Counted from the stretch's first letter, positions 10,403 through 20,811 are shown. The stretch: 64,000 nucleotides of DNA from Patescibacteria group bacterium (GCA_041665365.1 JBAYIY010000006.1:19602-83601); one strand, 5' to 3'. Translations and numbers: made by a program. The notes: a model not told the origin generated them from the sequence alone.

Positions 10403-12409
10403 TTAGGCTAGTAAAACAACCAATAAAAGCGCCACTATATTTAGGACTTTAATCATTGGGTTAATGGCTGGGCCGGCGGTGTCTTTATAAGGATCACCTA
10501 CGGTATCACCAGTCACAGCGGCGGCATGAGCGGTTGAACCTTTACCGCCGTAATGACCTTTCTCAATATACTTTTTAGCATTGTCCCACGCACCACCACC
10601 AGTGGTCATAGAAATAGCTACAAACATACCGAGCACAATTGAACCCATCAAGACTCCCCCCACCGCGACTGGGCCAAGTAACGCCCAGACGATCACTGGC
10701 GTGAAAACAACTAACACTACTGGCAAGATCATTTGCCGTAAGGCAGCTTTGGTTACTAGATCAACACACGCCGCATAATCTGGTTGCGCGGTTCCTTCCA
10801 TAATGCCGGGAATACTTTTAAATTGACGGCGCACTTCTTTGACCACACTACCGGCCGCTTTACCGACGGCTTCCATACACAGAGCGGTAAAGTAATACGT
10901 AATCATGCCACCAATAAATAAACCAACAATTACTTTCGGATCTTCCAAACTAAATTTTAAAGTCTCACCTGACCGGGCTAAATAATCTTGTGTAAATGCC
11001 GCGAACAATACCAAGGCTGCCAAACCGGCTGAACCAATGGCGTACCCTTTAGTGACGGCTTTAGTGGTGTTACCAACCGCATCAAGCGCATCAGTAATTT
11101 CACGCACCTCATCTGGTAATTTAGCCATTTCCGCAATGCCACCGGCATTATCTGTAATTGGTCCAAAAGCATCTATTGTCACAATAATGCCAGCCAAAGA
11201 TAACATTGCCATGGCCGCTACAGCGATACCGTATAAACCGGCTAAACTGTAGGCAAATAATATAGCGATAACAATCACAAATACTGGGGCTAAGGTTGAT
11301 TTCAAAGAAATAGCTAAACCTTGAATCACGTTAGTACCATGGCCAGATTGTGACGCAAAGGCGATTGAGCGCACTGGTCGATAACTAGTTGAAGTGTAGT
11401 ATTCAGTAATCAAAACTAACAAGGCCGTCACGACTAAACCAACTAAAGCCGAACCATATAATTGACCGATTGAATATAATCCATTGTCGAGCATTAACCA
11501 TTTTGTTACCGGATAAAACACAATCGCCGACAGAACACCAGACACAATCAACCCCTTATACAACGCTCCCATAATTTTATTGGATCCCCCTAATCGAATA
11601 AACCAGGTACCAATAATTGAACAAATAATCGCGGCACCACCTAAGACTAACGGGTAAAGTAAAGCTAAATCTTTCGCTTCACCTTTGAAAATAAGTGAAC
11701 CAAGCAACATCGCTGCCACCGTTGTTACCGCATAAGTTTCAAATAAATCAGCGGCCATACCGGCATCATCACCGACATTATCGCCAACATTATCCGCAAT
11801 CACAGCTGGATTACGCGGATCATCTTCCGGAATACCGGCTTCAACTTTACCAACCAGGTCAGCCCCGACATCGGCGGCTTTGGTAAAGATACCACCACCG
11901 ACACGAGCAAACACAGAAATCAAACTACCACCAAAACCTAAACCAATTAAGGCATCAACATTATTTCCAGTGGCCCAAGCAAAACCGGCCACACCTAATA
12001 AAGCTAAACCAACCACCAACATACCAGTCACCGTGCCACCTTGCACACCAACTTTCATGGCTGCACCTAAACCTTGACGCGCCGCTTCAGCCGTTCTGAC
12101 ATTGGCGCGCACGGCTACATTCATACCAATATAACTAGCAATCGAAGATAGCACGGCTCCCACTAAAAAGCCGGTCGCCATTAAAATTCCCAATAACCAC
12201 CACAGTAATAAAAATAAACCAATGGCAATTACAGCAATAGTGCGGTATTGTCGATTAAGATAAGCCGAAGCACCAGTTTGAATCGCTTTGGCAATGCGCT
12301 GCATGTCTTCATTACCGGCTGGTTTCTTATTTATTTGAACGATTAAAACTACGCCATAGATAATAGCCACTACAGCGGTGCTTAATGAAAATATTATTCC
12401 TGGATGCAT
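10403..12409 (-). CDS. hppA: Membrane-bound proton/sodium-translocating pyrophosphatase
   Basis: 668 aa polytopic protein with [10 protein letters not shown] and DxxGDxxKG motifs typical of H+-PPase. Confidence 0.9.
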   Translation of the reverse strand: MHPGIIFSLSTAVVAIIYGVVLIVQINKKPAGNEDMQRIAKAIQTGASAYLNRQYRTIAVIAIGLFLLLWWLLGILMATGFLVGAVLSSIASYIGMNVAVRANVRTAEAARQGLGAAMKVGVQGGTVTGMLVVGLALLGVAGFAWATGNNVDALIGLGFGGSLISVFARVGGGIFTKAADVGADLVGKVEAGIPEDDPRNPAVIADNVGDNVGDDAGMAADLFETYAVTTVAAMLLGSLIFKGEAKDLALLYPLVLGGAAIICSIIGTWFIRLGGSNKIMGALYKGLIVSGVLSAIVFYPVTKWLMLDNGLYSIGQLYGSALVGLVVTALLVLITEYYTSTSYRPVRSIAFASQSGHGTNVIQGLAISLKSTLAPVFVIVIAILFAYSLAGLYGIAVAAMAMLSLAGIIVTIDAFGPITDNAGGIAEMAKLPDEVREITDALDAVGNTTKAVTKGYAIGSAGLAALVLFAAFTQDYLARSGETLKFSLEDPKVIVGLFIGGMITYYFTALCMEAVGKAAGSVVKEVRRQFKSIPGIMEGTAQPDYAACVDLVTKAALRQMILPVVLVVFTPVIVWALLGPVAVGGVLMGSIVLGMFVAISMTTGGGAWDNAKKYIEKGHYGGKGSTAHAAAVTGDTVGDPYKDTAGPAINPMIKVLNIVALLLVVLLA

Positions 12410-12412
12410 ATA

Positions 12413-13630
12413 TTATTCAGTTTTAGTTGATTCAATTTTTTCTACTTCTTTCTCTTCTTTTTTTTCAGCGTCTTCAGCTCGAATGATATCAATCGACCAA
12501 CCGGTTAAGCGGGAAGCTAACCGGACATTCTGACCACCCTTACCAATCGCTAAGGAGAATTGATCTTCTGGAACTTCAGCGGTGGCAATTTTTTTACCGT
12601 CTACTTCTTTCAATGAAACACTAGTAATTTTAGCTGGAGATAATGCATTGATAATAAACTTAACAGCATCGTCATCATAATGAATGATATCAATTTTTTC
12701 ACCACCAAGTTCTGTAATCACAGTTTGTACGCGGGTACCACGTTGACCAACACATGAACCAATTGGATCAATACTTGGGTCGGTTGCGGCCACGGCAATT
12801 TTGGTACGCGAACCGGCTTCACGGGCAATCGCTTTAACCACCACACTGCCGGAACCAATTTCCGGCACTTCAGCAGCAAACAAAGCCGATACTAAATTAG
12901 CATTGGAGCGTGAGGCAATAATTTCAGGCCCACGGTGCGTTTTTTCGATTGATAGTAATAATACTTTTATGCGTTGACCGGGTTTATATACTTCACTGCG
13001 CACCTGTTCGGCTGGAGGCATAACCGCCACGGCTTGACCCAGATCAACAAAAACCACTTTACCTTCCACCCGTTGAATCATAACGTTGATCACTTCGCCC
13101 ACACGATCTTGATACAACTTGAAGAGTGTTTCCCGTTCGGCTTCACGCAATTTTTGAATAATCACTTGTTTGGCTGTTTGTGCGGCCATTCGACCAAATT
13201 CAGCCGGCACTTCTACTTCATCACGAATTTCATCACCTAATTCAATATCAGCAATTTCCTCTTTCGCTTGGGTATAAGGAATATCTGTTTTAGGATTAAA
13301 GCGTTTTACCGGTTCACCTTTGTCATCTAACGCTGGAGCACTTTCTACTAAACCAGTCGTAGCGTCTTTATCTTTTTGATATTGCTCATATAAAGCATCT
13401 TCCACTACAGTGGTCACTTCAAATATACGCATCGAGCCATCATTAGGGTTAAATTCCACGCGAATGTCTTTTCCCTTCTGGCCCATCTCTTTACGGTAAG
13501 CTACCGCTAAAGCGGTTTCAATTGTTTCTACCACGGCTTCAAACGGAATGCCTTTTTCTTCGCAAATCTGTTTGATGGCCGCACCGACTTCTTTTGGATC
13601 TGGCATAAATATAGAATTGGTTAGAGACAT
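12413..13630 (-). CDS. nusA: Transcription termination/antitermination factor NusA
   Basis: 405 aa; N-terminal domain, S1 and two KH domains. Start codon lies inside a family-A palindrome. Confidence 0.9.
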   Translation of the reverse strand: MSLTNSIFMPDPKEVGAAIKQICEEKGIPFEAVVETIETALAVAYRKEMGQKGKDIRVEFNPNDGSMRIFEVTTVVEDALYEQYQKDKDATTGLVESAPALDDKGEPVKRFNPKTDIPYTQAKEEIADIELGDEIRDEVEVPAEFGRMAAQTAKQVIIQKLREAERETLFKLYQDRVGEVINVMIQRVEGKVVFVDLGQAVAVMPPAEQVRSEVYKPGQRIKVLLLSIEKTHRGPEIIASRSNANLVSALFAAEVPEIGSGSVVVKAIAREAGSRTKIAVAATDPSIDPIGSCVGQRGTRVQTVITELGGEKIDIIHYDDDAVKFIINALSPAKITSVSLKEVDGKKIATAEVPEDQFSLAIGKGGQNVRLASRLTGWSIDIIRAEDAEKKEEKEVEKIESTKTE

Positions 13631-13644
13631 GCCATGGCATGTCT
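13625..13644. repeat. Family-A palindrome, partial copy (agacatgccatggcatgtct) overlapping the nusA start codon
   Basis: 20 bp perfect palindrome identical to the core of copies at 19469, 20783, 53613 and 54114. Confidence 0.7.
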
Positions 13645-13711
13645 TATAAATAAAAAAAGTAGTATTTTTAATACTACTTCACATTAGTCTGTAAAGAGTA
13701 TGGCGGATGGG

Positions 13712-14077
13712 TTAGTTCTTGTCAATACTAGGAAGAAACATAATGTTTTGCCCGATGATACCGATGGCACCAATCGCTAAACCAGTATAGGTTAGGTGAT
13801 GATCTGTCACGTAGGTTAAGCCTAGTCGCCGCAGCATACAGCGTTTACGTCGACCAATCGCATGAAATGGGTGCCCATAGCGCCAACCCGATCTAGTTTT
13901 GACTTCAAAAAAATATATCACCGTATCTTTTTTAGCGATAATATCAATCTCTCCACTGCGCCTGCTCCAGTTTCGTTCCAAAATGGTATAACCTAGTTTT
14001 AGTAGGTATTCGGTCGCTTGGTTTTCACCGGTTTTCCCAGTTTCATGTCTAGCATACATAAAAAACGCTTCCCACAC
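13712..14077 (-). CDS. yraN: YraN family (UPF0102) endonuclease-like protein
   Basis: GE..A..YL...GY.IL.RNW....GEIDIIA...FFEVKTR pattern. Confidence 0.6.
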   Translation of the reverse strand: MWEAFFMYARHETGKTGENQATEYLLKLGYTILERNWSRRSGEIDIIAKKDTVIYFFEVKTRSGWRYGHPFHAIGRRKRCMLRRLGLTYVTDHHLTYTGLAIGAIGIIGQNIMFLPSIDKN

Positions 14078-14113
14078 ACAATAGGCAGCGCTTGTCCGAG
14101 CATGGTAGCACGC

Positions 14114-14662
14114 TTACTTCACGAACACAAGTCCCCAGTGGTATGGTCCGGCGTTAAATTCAGCGGTTAATTGCATGTGTAGATCTTCGGCTATTTTTTT
14201 CACCTCCTCTGGATGTACGCGCATGTCATTAACTGGCCCCAGTGGCGCTGTGACATCTGGTTTCCAATCAACCACAATCAGTTTTCCACCTGGTCGAACC
14301 ATGCGATGACATTCTTGAACCATTTTCGCGCGTTGTTTAGATTGAAACAGAACTGTTACCATAAAACCGACCATCAAGCTGTTATCCCGAATCGCTTTAG
14401 TAGCACCATAGATTTCTAAATCACTCCACACCGTTTGCACATTATTCAAACCATGCATTTTGGCTTTATTTTGTACGGCCGGCAAAATAGTTTTAACCAC
14501 ATCAACTGCATAAACGATACCATTTTTGCCCACTTGCGCCGCCGCTGGCAAAGCGAGCTTGGCCTCACGCCCAGTACCAAAATCGGCCACATAATCACCC
14601 AATTTTAATTGGGCATGATACAAAATTGTTTTTACATCAATCATCGGACTATTCATTTGCAT
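14114..14662 (-). CDS. Class I SAM-dependent methyltransferase
   Basis: VADFGTGRE (motif I) and RMVRPGGKLIVVDW (motif post-II) pattern. Confidence 0.5.
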   Translation of the reverse strand: MQMNSPMIDVKTILYHAQLKLGDYVADFGTGREAKLALPAAAQVGKNGIVYAVDVVKTILPAVQNKAKMHGLNNVQTVWSDLEIYGATKAIRDNSLMVGFMVTVLFQSKQRAKMVQECHRMVRPGGKLIVVDWKPDVTAPLGPVNDMRVHPEEVKKIAEDLHMQLTAEFNAGPYHWGLVFVK

Positions 14663-14665
14663 GGC

Positions 14666-15238
14666 TTAAGTATAAAGCAGCTTGTGAATCGGAGCAAATG
14701 ATTTTCTATGATAGGGGCTAATTCCATATTTTTTTAATTGTTGTTGGTGTAAAGCTGTACCGTACCCTTTATGTTGGCCAAACATGTATTTACCATCAAC
14801 TGTATCAAGATAGTGCATTAAAGTATCTCGCACCACTTTGGCCACAATCGAGGCGGCACCAATTGTATAATTAGTTGCATCACCATGAATAATTTTCTTG
14901 ATTGGTAAATAATGATGCAAGACAAAACCGTCTACTAAAATAAGCTCTGGCGCTGGATCAAGGTGGGTAATGCAGTAAGATAGAGCAAACATATTGGCTT
15001 GATGCACACCCAACTGATCAATATCCGTTTGCGGCACAGACACAACCACACAGCTAATGGCCGTCGAGACTATTTTTGGAAATAATTTGATTCTTTGTTG
15101 GTGTGATAACTGCTTAGAATCAGCCACACCGGTAATTCGTTTTCCTTGTGGCATAATAATGGCACAAGCCACTAATGGCCCAGCCCAGGCACCTCGCCCG
15201 ACTTCATCAACCCCGGCAATTAGATGATAACTTTCCTT
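14666..15238 (-). CDS. rnhB: Ribonuclease HII
   Basis: GVDEVGRGAWAGPLVACAII motif. The ORF-track 5' extension to 15355 is probably spurious. Confidence 0.85.
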   Translation of the reverse strand, partial: KESYHLIAGVDEVGRGAWAGPLVACAIIMPQGKRITGVADSKQLSHQQRIKLFPKIVSTAISCVVVSVPQTDIDQLGVHQANMFALSYCITHLDPAPELILVDGFVLHHYLPIKKIIHGDATNYTIGAASIVAKVVRDTLMHYLDTVDGKYMFGQHKGYGTALHQQQLKKYGISPYHRKSFAPIHKLLYT

Positions 15239-15298
15239 CATCTTTTTAGTATACACCCATGCCCTGTTACTTGACCTGAAAAAATAGTATGATAACAT

Positions 15299-16135
15299 GT
15301 GACACCTATGGCGAAACGAATTGGTAAGGATCGACTCACTATCACCATGCGACAAGATGTCTTAGCTGCGCTTGATAGCTTCATTAATGGTGATACCATT
15401 CGTAATCGTTCTCAAGCCATCGAACATATCGTTGCCCGTCATCTTGGCACTGGCATTGATACTTGTGTGATTTTAGCCAGTGGCCGTGAAGATCAATCGA
15501 TCAAATGTTTAAAACGCGTGCAAAATCGGCCTGTGATTGCCTATACCATTGAGATGTTGCGTCTGGCTAACATTCACAACATCATTATGGTAATAAATAA
15601 GAAATGTCCGGATATAAAACAATATTTGGGTAACGGTTTACAATACAGAGTTAATATTCAATATATTGAAGAAGACAATCCGACTGGCACGGCACAATCG
15701 TTGCAGAAGGTAAAAGGTCTGATCGATAAAACATTTTTATTGTTATATGGTGATGTACTGGCCGATATAGATATTCAGGAATTGGTTAGATTTCATCATG
15801 ACATGGATCATATTATAATGACCCTAGCCGTGACCGCCGCCACTAATCCATCTTTGTATGGTGTGGCCGAACTACAAGGTAAACGAATTTATCGCTTAAT
15901 CGAAAAACCAACTCAACTAAAAAAGAGTAATCTCGTCGTCGCTGGTGTGGCTGTGTGTGAACCTGAACTGTTTAAAGAAATACCAGAGCATTGTGAAAAT
16001 AAATATTTAGCCCGAGACATCCTCCCAGATTTAGCCCACCGTGGACAAATTGGCGGTTATCCTTTTTCCAACAAATGGTTTGATGTGTCCCATGAGGATG
16101 AATACACCCGCGCGCAAGCGGAGTGGGTGGAATAA
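15299..16135 (+). CDS. Ribbon-helix-helix (CopG-like) domain fused to a sugar-phosphate nucleotidyltransferase domain
   Basis: N-terminus RLTITMRQDVLAALDSFI... resembles an RHH domain. The rest (ILASGREDQ..., NPTGTAQSL, LLLYGDVLADIDIQ) resembles the NTP_transferase fold. Confidence 0.55.
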   Translation: MTPMAKRIGKDRLTITMRQDVLAALDSFINGDTIRNRSQAIEHIVARHLGTGIDTCVILASGREDQSIKCLKRVQNRPVIAYTIEMLRLANIHNIIMVINKKCPDIKQYLGNGLQYRVNIQYIEEDNPTGTAQSLQKVKGLIDKTFLLLYGDVLADIDIQELVRFHHDMDHIIMTLAVTAATNPSLYGVAELQGKRIYRLIEKPTQLKKSNLVVAGVAVCEPELFKEIPEHCENKYLARDILPDLAHRGQIGGYPFSNKWFDVSHEDEYTRAQAEWVE

Positions 16136-16683
16136 AACATTTTTTTTGGATTGTTATAAATATATTGCCGGGTATAATCCAATTGCCGTGGTGTGCGAAT
16201 AATTTCATCGTAATACCGGGGTTGCCAATGGAAATATTGATCCGGTTGTTTTTTTCGAATATAAAACGTGGTGACACCTTTATACCATCGAATTATATGC
16301 GGTAACGATGTGGGATGTAACATTGGATTATTTTGTTTTGTCACCCCACCGGTTTGATGAAACCCTCTGGTAGAGACGCGATTAATCGCGTCTCTACCAG
16401 AGGGTTTCATGTACACAATCCCATGCATGTGATCCGGCATGATCACAAACGCATCCAATTGCATATGTGGAAAATGTTCCGGAATGTTTAACCAATATTG
16501 ATGGGCTGTTTCACCAATATCCGATAAACACATATAACCGTTTTTAATAAAACCAAATGGGTTTTTGTATCGCTGTTTTACGCAAATCGTAATAAAATAC
16601 CACCCCGGTGTGGCATAATTCCAACCGGTTAATCGAATTGATGGTGTAAAATACCGTTGCCTATATAACATAAAACGCCCCAT
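16057..16683 (-). CDS. IS200/IS605-like HuH-Y1 transposase (REP-associated tyrosine transposase, RAYT-like), copy 1, with in-frame palindrome insert
   Basis: YFITICV...FVIMPDHMHGIV (HuH motif) and RQYIYNNP (catalytic Tyr region). A 52 bp perfect palindrome at 16358..16409 is translated in-frame as GRDAINRVSTRGF. The C-terminal tail probably reads into the convergent gene. Confidence 0.65.
   Translation of the reverse strand: MGRFMLYRQRYFTPSIRLTGWNYATPGWYFITICVKQRYKNPFGFIKNGYMCLSDIGETAHQYWLNIPEHFPHMQLDAFVIMPDHMHGIVYMKPSGRDAINRVSTRGFHQTGGVTKQNNPMLHPTSLPHIIRWYKGVTTFYIRKKQPDQYFHWQPRYYDEIIRTPRQLDYTRQYIYNNPKKMFYSTHSACARVYSSSWDTSNHLLEKG
16358..16409. repeat. Family-A palindrome variant (TGAAACCCTCTGGTAGAGACGCGATT|AATCGCGTCTCTACCAGAGGGTTTCA), 52 bp perfect
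   Basis: Read directly; inside RAYT copy 1. Confidence 0.9.
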
Positions 16684-16773
16684 AAGGCGGCGCTTTTCAT
16701 GAACAGGTTATCACAAATAATTGGTTTACACAATGTTTGATATATAACGTAAACAATCAACCTGGTATATGAC

Positions 16774-16831
16774 GTCGACAATCATCCGGTAGAGACGCGA
16801 TTAATCGCGTCTCTACCGGATGATTGTCGAC
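16774..16831. repeat. Family-A palindrome variant, 58 bp perfect (GTCGACAATCATCCGGTAGAGACGCGATTAATCGCGTCTCTACCGGATGATTGTCGAC)
   Basis: Read directly. Followed by direct repeat ccggatgattgt. Lies at the left edge of the GC-rich island. Confidence 0.9.
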
Positions 16832-17105
16832 CGGATGATTGTTCATTTTAACGGGTGATTTTACGATTCCCCCATTCAGGTGTGACAATCCACCTGGACA
16901 ACCAAAACCAATCCCTGTACAAATGGTGGGTCTTGTTCTTTTTATCGTGGTACACCCGCATTTTTATTGATCACAATTACTGATGTGAGGTGAGTTTGGT
17001 GATGAGTGAAAGTGAGGGTGTACCCAAAAAGTTCCCCCTGCACGGTCCAGTGGGATCGTGTTTTCGTGTACAAAGAAAATCAACCTGAACAAGAAGGAAT
17101 GACAA

Positions 17106-18560
17106 GTGGCCCCCAACAACCTCCCCGTGTACGACAACGGGGATATCTTGAAGTTGACCGTCGCGGTCGACCCGAACATCGTTCGGGCTGACATGCCGGC
17201 GGTGAATCGCACGTCTGCGGAACTCAAGAACCTGGGCACGATCGTCCAGGACGCCCTGATCGAAGAGGGCAAGGAACTGGTGCAGGCCGGAATCGGCGAT
17301 GCCAACACGGAGTACACGCTCCGTGATTTGGCTGAGGCCATCAACTCGGCGGCACACCGGGATGTGCTGCCAATCTCTGGCCTCGTCACGCCGGACGCAC
17401 CGGCGTTCCACCTCGAGTACGGCGATGTTCGGGGTATCCACGCCCTGATCACTGTGCTCAAAAACTTCCTCGGCGTCCTCCTCGGCATCGAGGTTCGCGA
17501 CTACGTGACGATCACCCACGGTGGGCGCTCGGCGGTCTTTATGGCCGTCCGTTCATTCACGCAGTTCATGGTCGCTACCCTGAAGTCGATGGGCGTCGAG
17601 GGACCGCCAATGGTGGCGGTTCCAGTGGAAACCTGGGGAACCTACCCCAACATCGTCGCCCAGGCGCTGGGCGACGGGGTATTCCACCCGATCCCCTGCA
17701 GAGACGGCCTGCTCGACGCCGAAGCACTCGACGAAGCGTGCACGCGCAACCCGCGCATTCGCATGCTCATCTTCTGCAATCCGGTGAATCCGAGCGGCCG
17801 GACGTATGGATCCGATCGCATGGCGCGGATCGCCAGGATCGTGGCCAAACACAAGTTGTGCGTCCACGCCGATGACATGTACGCGATGTTTGCGTGGGTT
17901 CACCCCCATCGCAGCATCCTGCGCGCTGCCGCGGCGCTGGCGCACTCGGGTGAAAAGGAGGTTGGAGAGTGGGTCGCATCCCACACCACCCTCCTCACGG
18001 GTGTCATGAAGGCCGGGGGCTCGGGTTCCCGTGTGAACTTCATGGTCATCCCGAACGACAATCTGCGGGCTCGCTTCGTCGCGAACCAGGGCGACCTGTA
18101 CGGTCCGCCGAACATGATGGGGCAGCTGTTGCAGCTCGCCTTCATCAAGCACGGTGGGCCGGAGCGCGTCTGGCTCGAGATGAAGGAGCGGCGTGATGCC
18201 CTCCAGGCCAAGCTGACCGAGGTCGCCGGACGTATCACCGGCTGCCCGATCACCCTGACCTGGAGTGCTATGGAAGGCGGTTTCTACACCGCCATGCACC
18301 TCAACGGCATCGGTGGAATGAAGTACACCGATCGCAGCGGTACCTCCCGGGTCATCATGACGGGCGAGGATATGGCTCGGTTCCTCGTCCAGCGGGCTGG
18401 CATCGTCGCCACGCCCGATGTCGCGGCGTGCGTCGGTGACGTCACCTTCGCGCGCATCGCGTATGGCATGATGCGTCCGGAGACCGTCGAGGTTTTCGGC
18501 AACCAGTTGGCAGACGCCGTGATCGGGCTGTGCGCCGAAAACGGCCACAACCCGAAGTAG
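17106..18560 (+). CDS. PLP-dependent aminotransferase (class I/II fold) on a GC-rich, foreign-looking island
   Basis: 484 aa, GTG start with AGGA 8 nt upstream. NPSG, ADDMY and a VMKAGGSGSRVNF (SxSK..G.R.G-like) lysine motif. Codons are strongly GC3-biased, unlike the rest of the window. Confidence 0.6.
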   Translation: MAPNNLPVYDNGDILKLTVAVDPNIVRADMPAVNRTSAELKNLGTIVQDALIEEGKELVQAGIGDANTEYTLRDLAEAINSAAHRDVLPISGLVTPDAPAFHLEYGDVRGIHALITVLKNFLGVLLGIEVRDYVTITHGGRSAVFMAVRSFTQFMVATLKSMGVEGPPMVAVPVETWGTYPNIVAQALGDGVFHPIPCRDGLLDAEALDEACTRNPRIRMLIFCNPVNPSGRTYGSDRMARIARIVAKHKLCVHADDMYAMFAWVHPHRSILRAAAALAHSGEKEVGEWVASHTTLLTGVMKAGGSGSRVNFMVIPNDNLRARFVANQGDLYGPPNMMGQLLQLAFIKHGGPERVWLEMKERRDALQAKLTEVAGRITGCPITLTWSAMEGGFYTAMHLNGIGGMKYTDRSGTSRVIMTGEDMARFLVQRAGIVATPDVAACVGDVTFARIAYGMMRPETVEVFGNQLADAVIGLCAENGHNPK

Positions 18561-18792
18561 CTTCCCTAGGTTCGCCGTTGAGGTAAAAGGTGGGAAGTAC
18601 GCTCTCCCCCTGGTCACGCGCACTTGACCGCGCGAAAGTGACCACCCCAACGGCGGCCTTTGGGGAAGAACAAGACAACGAGGAGAACAAGTGTGTGTGC
18701 TATATCCAGCGGGACGTAGCACACCGAATGTTCTCCTCCCTTCAGCAATCTGTATCAATTTATTGGTACAGATTGATTAGGGAAAAAATATA

Positions 18793-18837
18793 AAAACCCG
18801 GTAGAGACGTTGTATGCAACGTCTCTACCGGGTTTTT
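18793..18837. repeat. Family-A palindrome variant (AAAAACCCGGTAGAGACGTTG-tatg-CAACGTCTCTACCGGGTTTTT)
   Basis: Read directly: 20 bp arms with a 4 nt loop. Confidence 0.85.
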
Positions 18838-18855
18838 GTGATTATTATGTGTATG

Positions 18856-18903
18856 GTCGGGGGTGAGCGCATGATGTGTGGCGCTCAAACCCCCGAACCT
18901 GTG
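18856..18903. repeat. GC-rich roughly 48 bp hairpin-forming direct repeat, copy 1
   Basis: ggtcgggggtgagcgcatgatgtgtggcgctcaaacccccgaacctgt; second copy at 19174. Confidence 0.6.
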
Positions 18904-19173
18904 TGTGATCAATATCGCTGTGATTTCGGGATCCCGTGATCTAGAACCTCGTATGACCCCCTCTCTGCAGGGGCCACTTCCTGTTGTTCCGGCAATCTCC
19001 GATAAGCGAATCCAAGAAACTCCCCATCCCAATCCCAGGGGTCAGACTCTTGATCTGAGCCGTTTTTTTCACTTTCGTTTTCAGGTTTCTTTTCAGGCAC
19101 ACAGCCTCCTTTGGCTGAGCCATATTAGTTTATAATCATAAAAAAAACAAACACCTTTGTAGGTGTTGTGATG

Positions 19174-19222
19174 TCGGCCAGGGGTGAGCGCATGCTATCT
19201 GCGCTCGAACCCCCGGCCTGTT
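19174..19222. repeat. GC-rich roughly 48 bp hairpin-forming direct repeat, copy 2
   Basis: gtcggccaggggtgagcgcatgctatctgcgctcgaacccccggcctgt. Confidence 0.6.
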
Positions 19223-19468
19223 GCTCAGCAGTAGCACGGTTCGTCGGACGTAGTCCAACGAGGTTTCACGATTTTTTCCCCGTTTTCGGCGGGAGTTTTT
19301 GCCAGCTGAATCGCCGGCTCAGTCTCCAGCCTCAGTGGGGTTTTCTCGATCTTTTTGTCGTTTTCTTTCGCCACATGTCCTCCTATGAGCTGGGGTATCG
19401 TAATAAAAAATATCATCATGTCAAACCAAAAAAGTATGATGAATGCCAAAATAATAACAATGTGTACA

Positions 19469-19514
19469 TTAAAAACAGTAGAGACATGCCATGGCATGTC
19501 TCTACTGTTTTTAA
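19469..19514. repeat. Family-A palindrome, 46 bp perfect (TTAAAAACAGTAGAGACATGCC|ATGGCATGTCTCTACTGTTTTTAA)
   Basis: Read directly. At the right edge of the GC-rich island. Confidence 0.9.
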
Positions 19515-19529
19515 TTGGGGAAGGTATGT

Positions 19530-20774
19530 CTACCCGTTGGCAATCCCCTTGGCTAACATCGCTTGTTCGATGCGTTTGGCGGCATGAATGTAGGCCGCAG
19601 TACGCATTTCACAGTTATATTTTTCTTTAATCGCCCAAATGGCATTGAACGAATCAACCATAATTGGTTCCAATTTGGCTAACACTTCTTTTTCTGACCA
19701 ATAATAATTGTAGGCATTTTGTACCTGTTCAAAGTAAGATACTGTGACACCACCGGCATTAGACAAAATATCGGGTACTAAAATGATGCCTTTCTTGGCT
19801 AAAATTTCATCGGCTTCAGGAGTGGTTGGACCATTGGCTAATTCCACAATGGCTTTACATTTCAATTGGCCAGCATTTTCTGCCAAGATTTGATTCTCCA
19901 AAGCGGCTGGTACCAAAATATCACAGGCCGTAGTTAACACTTGGGCATTGGTGACATTTTTGGCACCGGGGAAATTTTGCACACCGCCAGTTTTGGCTTT
20001 GTGTTTTTCTACAGCCACTGGGTCTAATCCTTTTTCGTTAACAATACCACCGCGGGAATCTGACAAACCAACAATCTTATAACCTTGTTTGGTTAAAATC
20101 TTCGCCATGTAAGAACCGGCATTGCCGAAACCCTGAATCACCACTGTGGAGCCTTTCTTAAATTTCATTTTTTTGGCTAGCTCTAACATGACATACACAC
20201 CCCCTTGCGCGGTAGAATAACCACGACCTGCAGAACCACCAACAGCAATTGGTTTACCAGTAATCACACCGGGCATTTGGTGACCATGTAGAGTATTAAA
20301 TTCATCAAGCATCCAAGCCATAATCTGTGGTGTGGTATACACATCTGGCGCTGGCACATCAATATCTGGACCAAGATCACCACGTAAGCCACGAATAAAG
20401 CCACGGGATAATCTTTCTAATTCACGCACCGATAATTCTTTTGGATTAACCGTCACACCACCCTTACCACCACCTAATGGAATACCGACCGTCGCACACT
20501 TAAAAGTCATCCAGAAAGCTAAGGCTTTTACTTCATTGATATCGGTATCTTGATGAAAGCGAATGCCACCTTTGTTAGGACCACGGGAATTATCATACTG
20601 TACGCGATAGCCTTCATAAACCTTAATATCGCCATTGTCCATCCGAATTGGAATAGAAAAATGAATTTCGCGCTTGGGTTGTTTCAAACGAGCATGCACA
20701 CTGGCATCCAACCCCATTAGTGTAGCGGCTTTATCGAGTTGTTTCTGCGCCGATTGAAACGGATTAACTTTCAT
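19530..20774 (-). CDS. gdhA: Glutamate dehydrogenase (NAD(P)+)
   Basis: 414 aa; KGGIRFH and GGGKGG motifs, C-terminal Rossmann GFGNAG. Confidence 0.9.
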   Translation of the reverse strand: MKVNPFQSAQKQLDKAATLMGLDASVHARLKQPKREIHFSIPIRMDNGDIKVYEGYRVQYDNSRGPNKGGIRFHQDTDINEVKALAFWMTFKCATVGIPLGGGKGGVTVNPKELSVRELERLSRGFIRGLRGDLGPDIDVPAPDVYTTPQIMAWMLDEFNTLHGHQMPGVITGKPIAVGGSAGRGYSTAQGGVYVMLELAKKMKFKKGSTVVIQGFGNAGSYMAKILTKQGYKIVGLSDSRGGIVNEKGLDPVAVEKHKAKTGGVQNFPGAKNVTNAQVLTTACDILVPAALENQILAENAGQLKCKAIVELANGPTTPEADEILAKKGIILVPDILSNAGGVTVSYFEQVQNAYNYYWSEKEVLAKLEPIMVDSFNAIWAIKEKYNCEMRTAAYIHAAKRIEQAMLAKGIANG

Positions 20775-20782
20775 AGATATTT

Positions 20783-20811
20783 GTTACAGACATGCCATGG
20801 CATGTCTTTAC
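20783..20811. repeat. Family-A palindrome, one-mismatch copy (GTTACAGACATGCCATGGCATGTCTTTAC)
   Basis: Between the aminotransferase stop and the gdh start; likely terminator hairpin. Confidence 0.8.

Noticed and set aside
15972-16305. Small ORFs (15972..16277 -, 16123..16305 +)
   Set aside because: They overlap the nucleotidyltransferase and RAYT genes in alternative frames, with no motifs.
16964-18758. Multiple long antisense and overlapping ORFs (16964..17488, 16977..17519, 17553..18758, 17900..18253 and others)
   Set aside because: These are typical stop-codon-poor shadow frames of GC-rich DNA. They overlap the well-supported aminotransferase CDS and have no motifs.
19168-19630. ORFs 19168..19587 (+), 19225..19497 (-) and 19355..19630 (+) at the right edge of the GC island
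   Set aside because: They begin or end inside palindromes and repeats (for example the palindrome-derived MPWHVSTVF), have mixed composition and no domain signal, and are most likely non-coding repeat-rich DNA.
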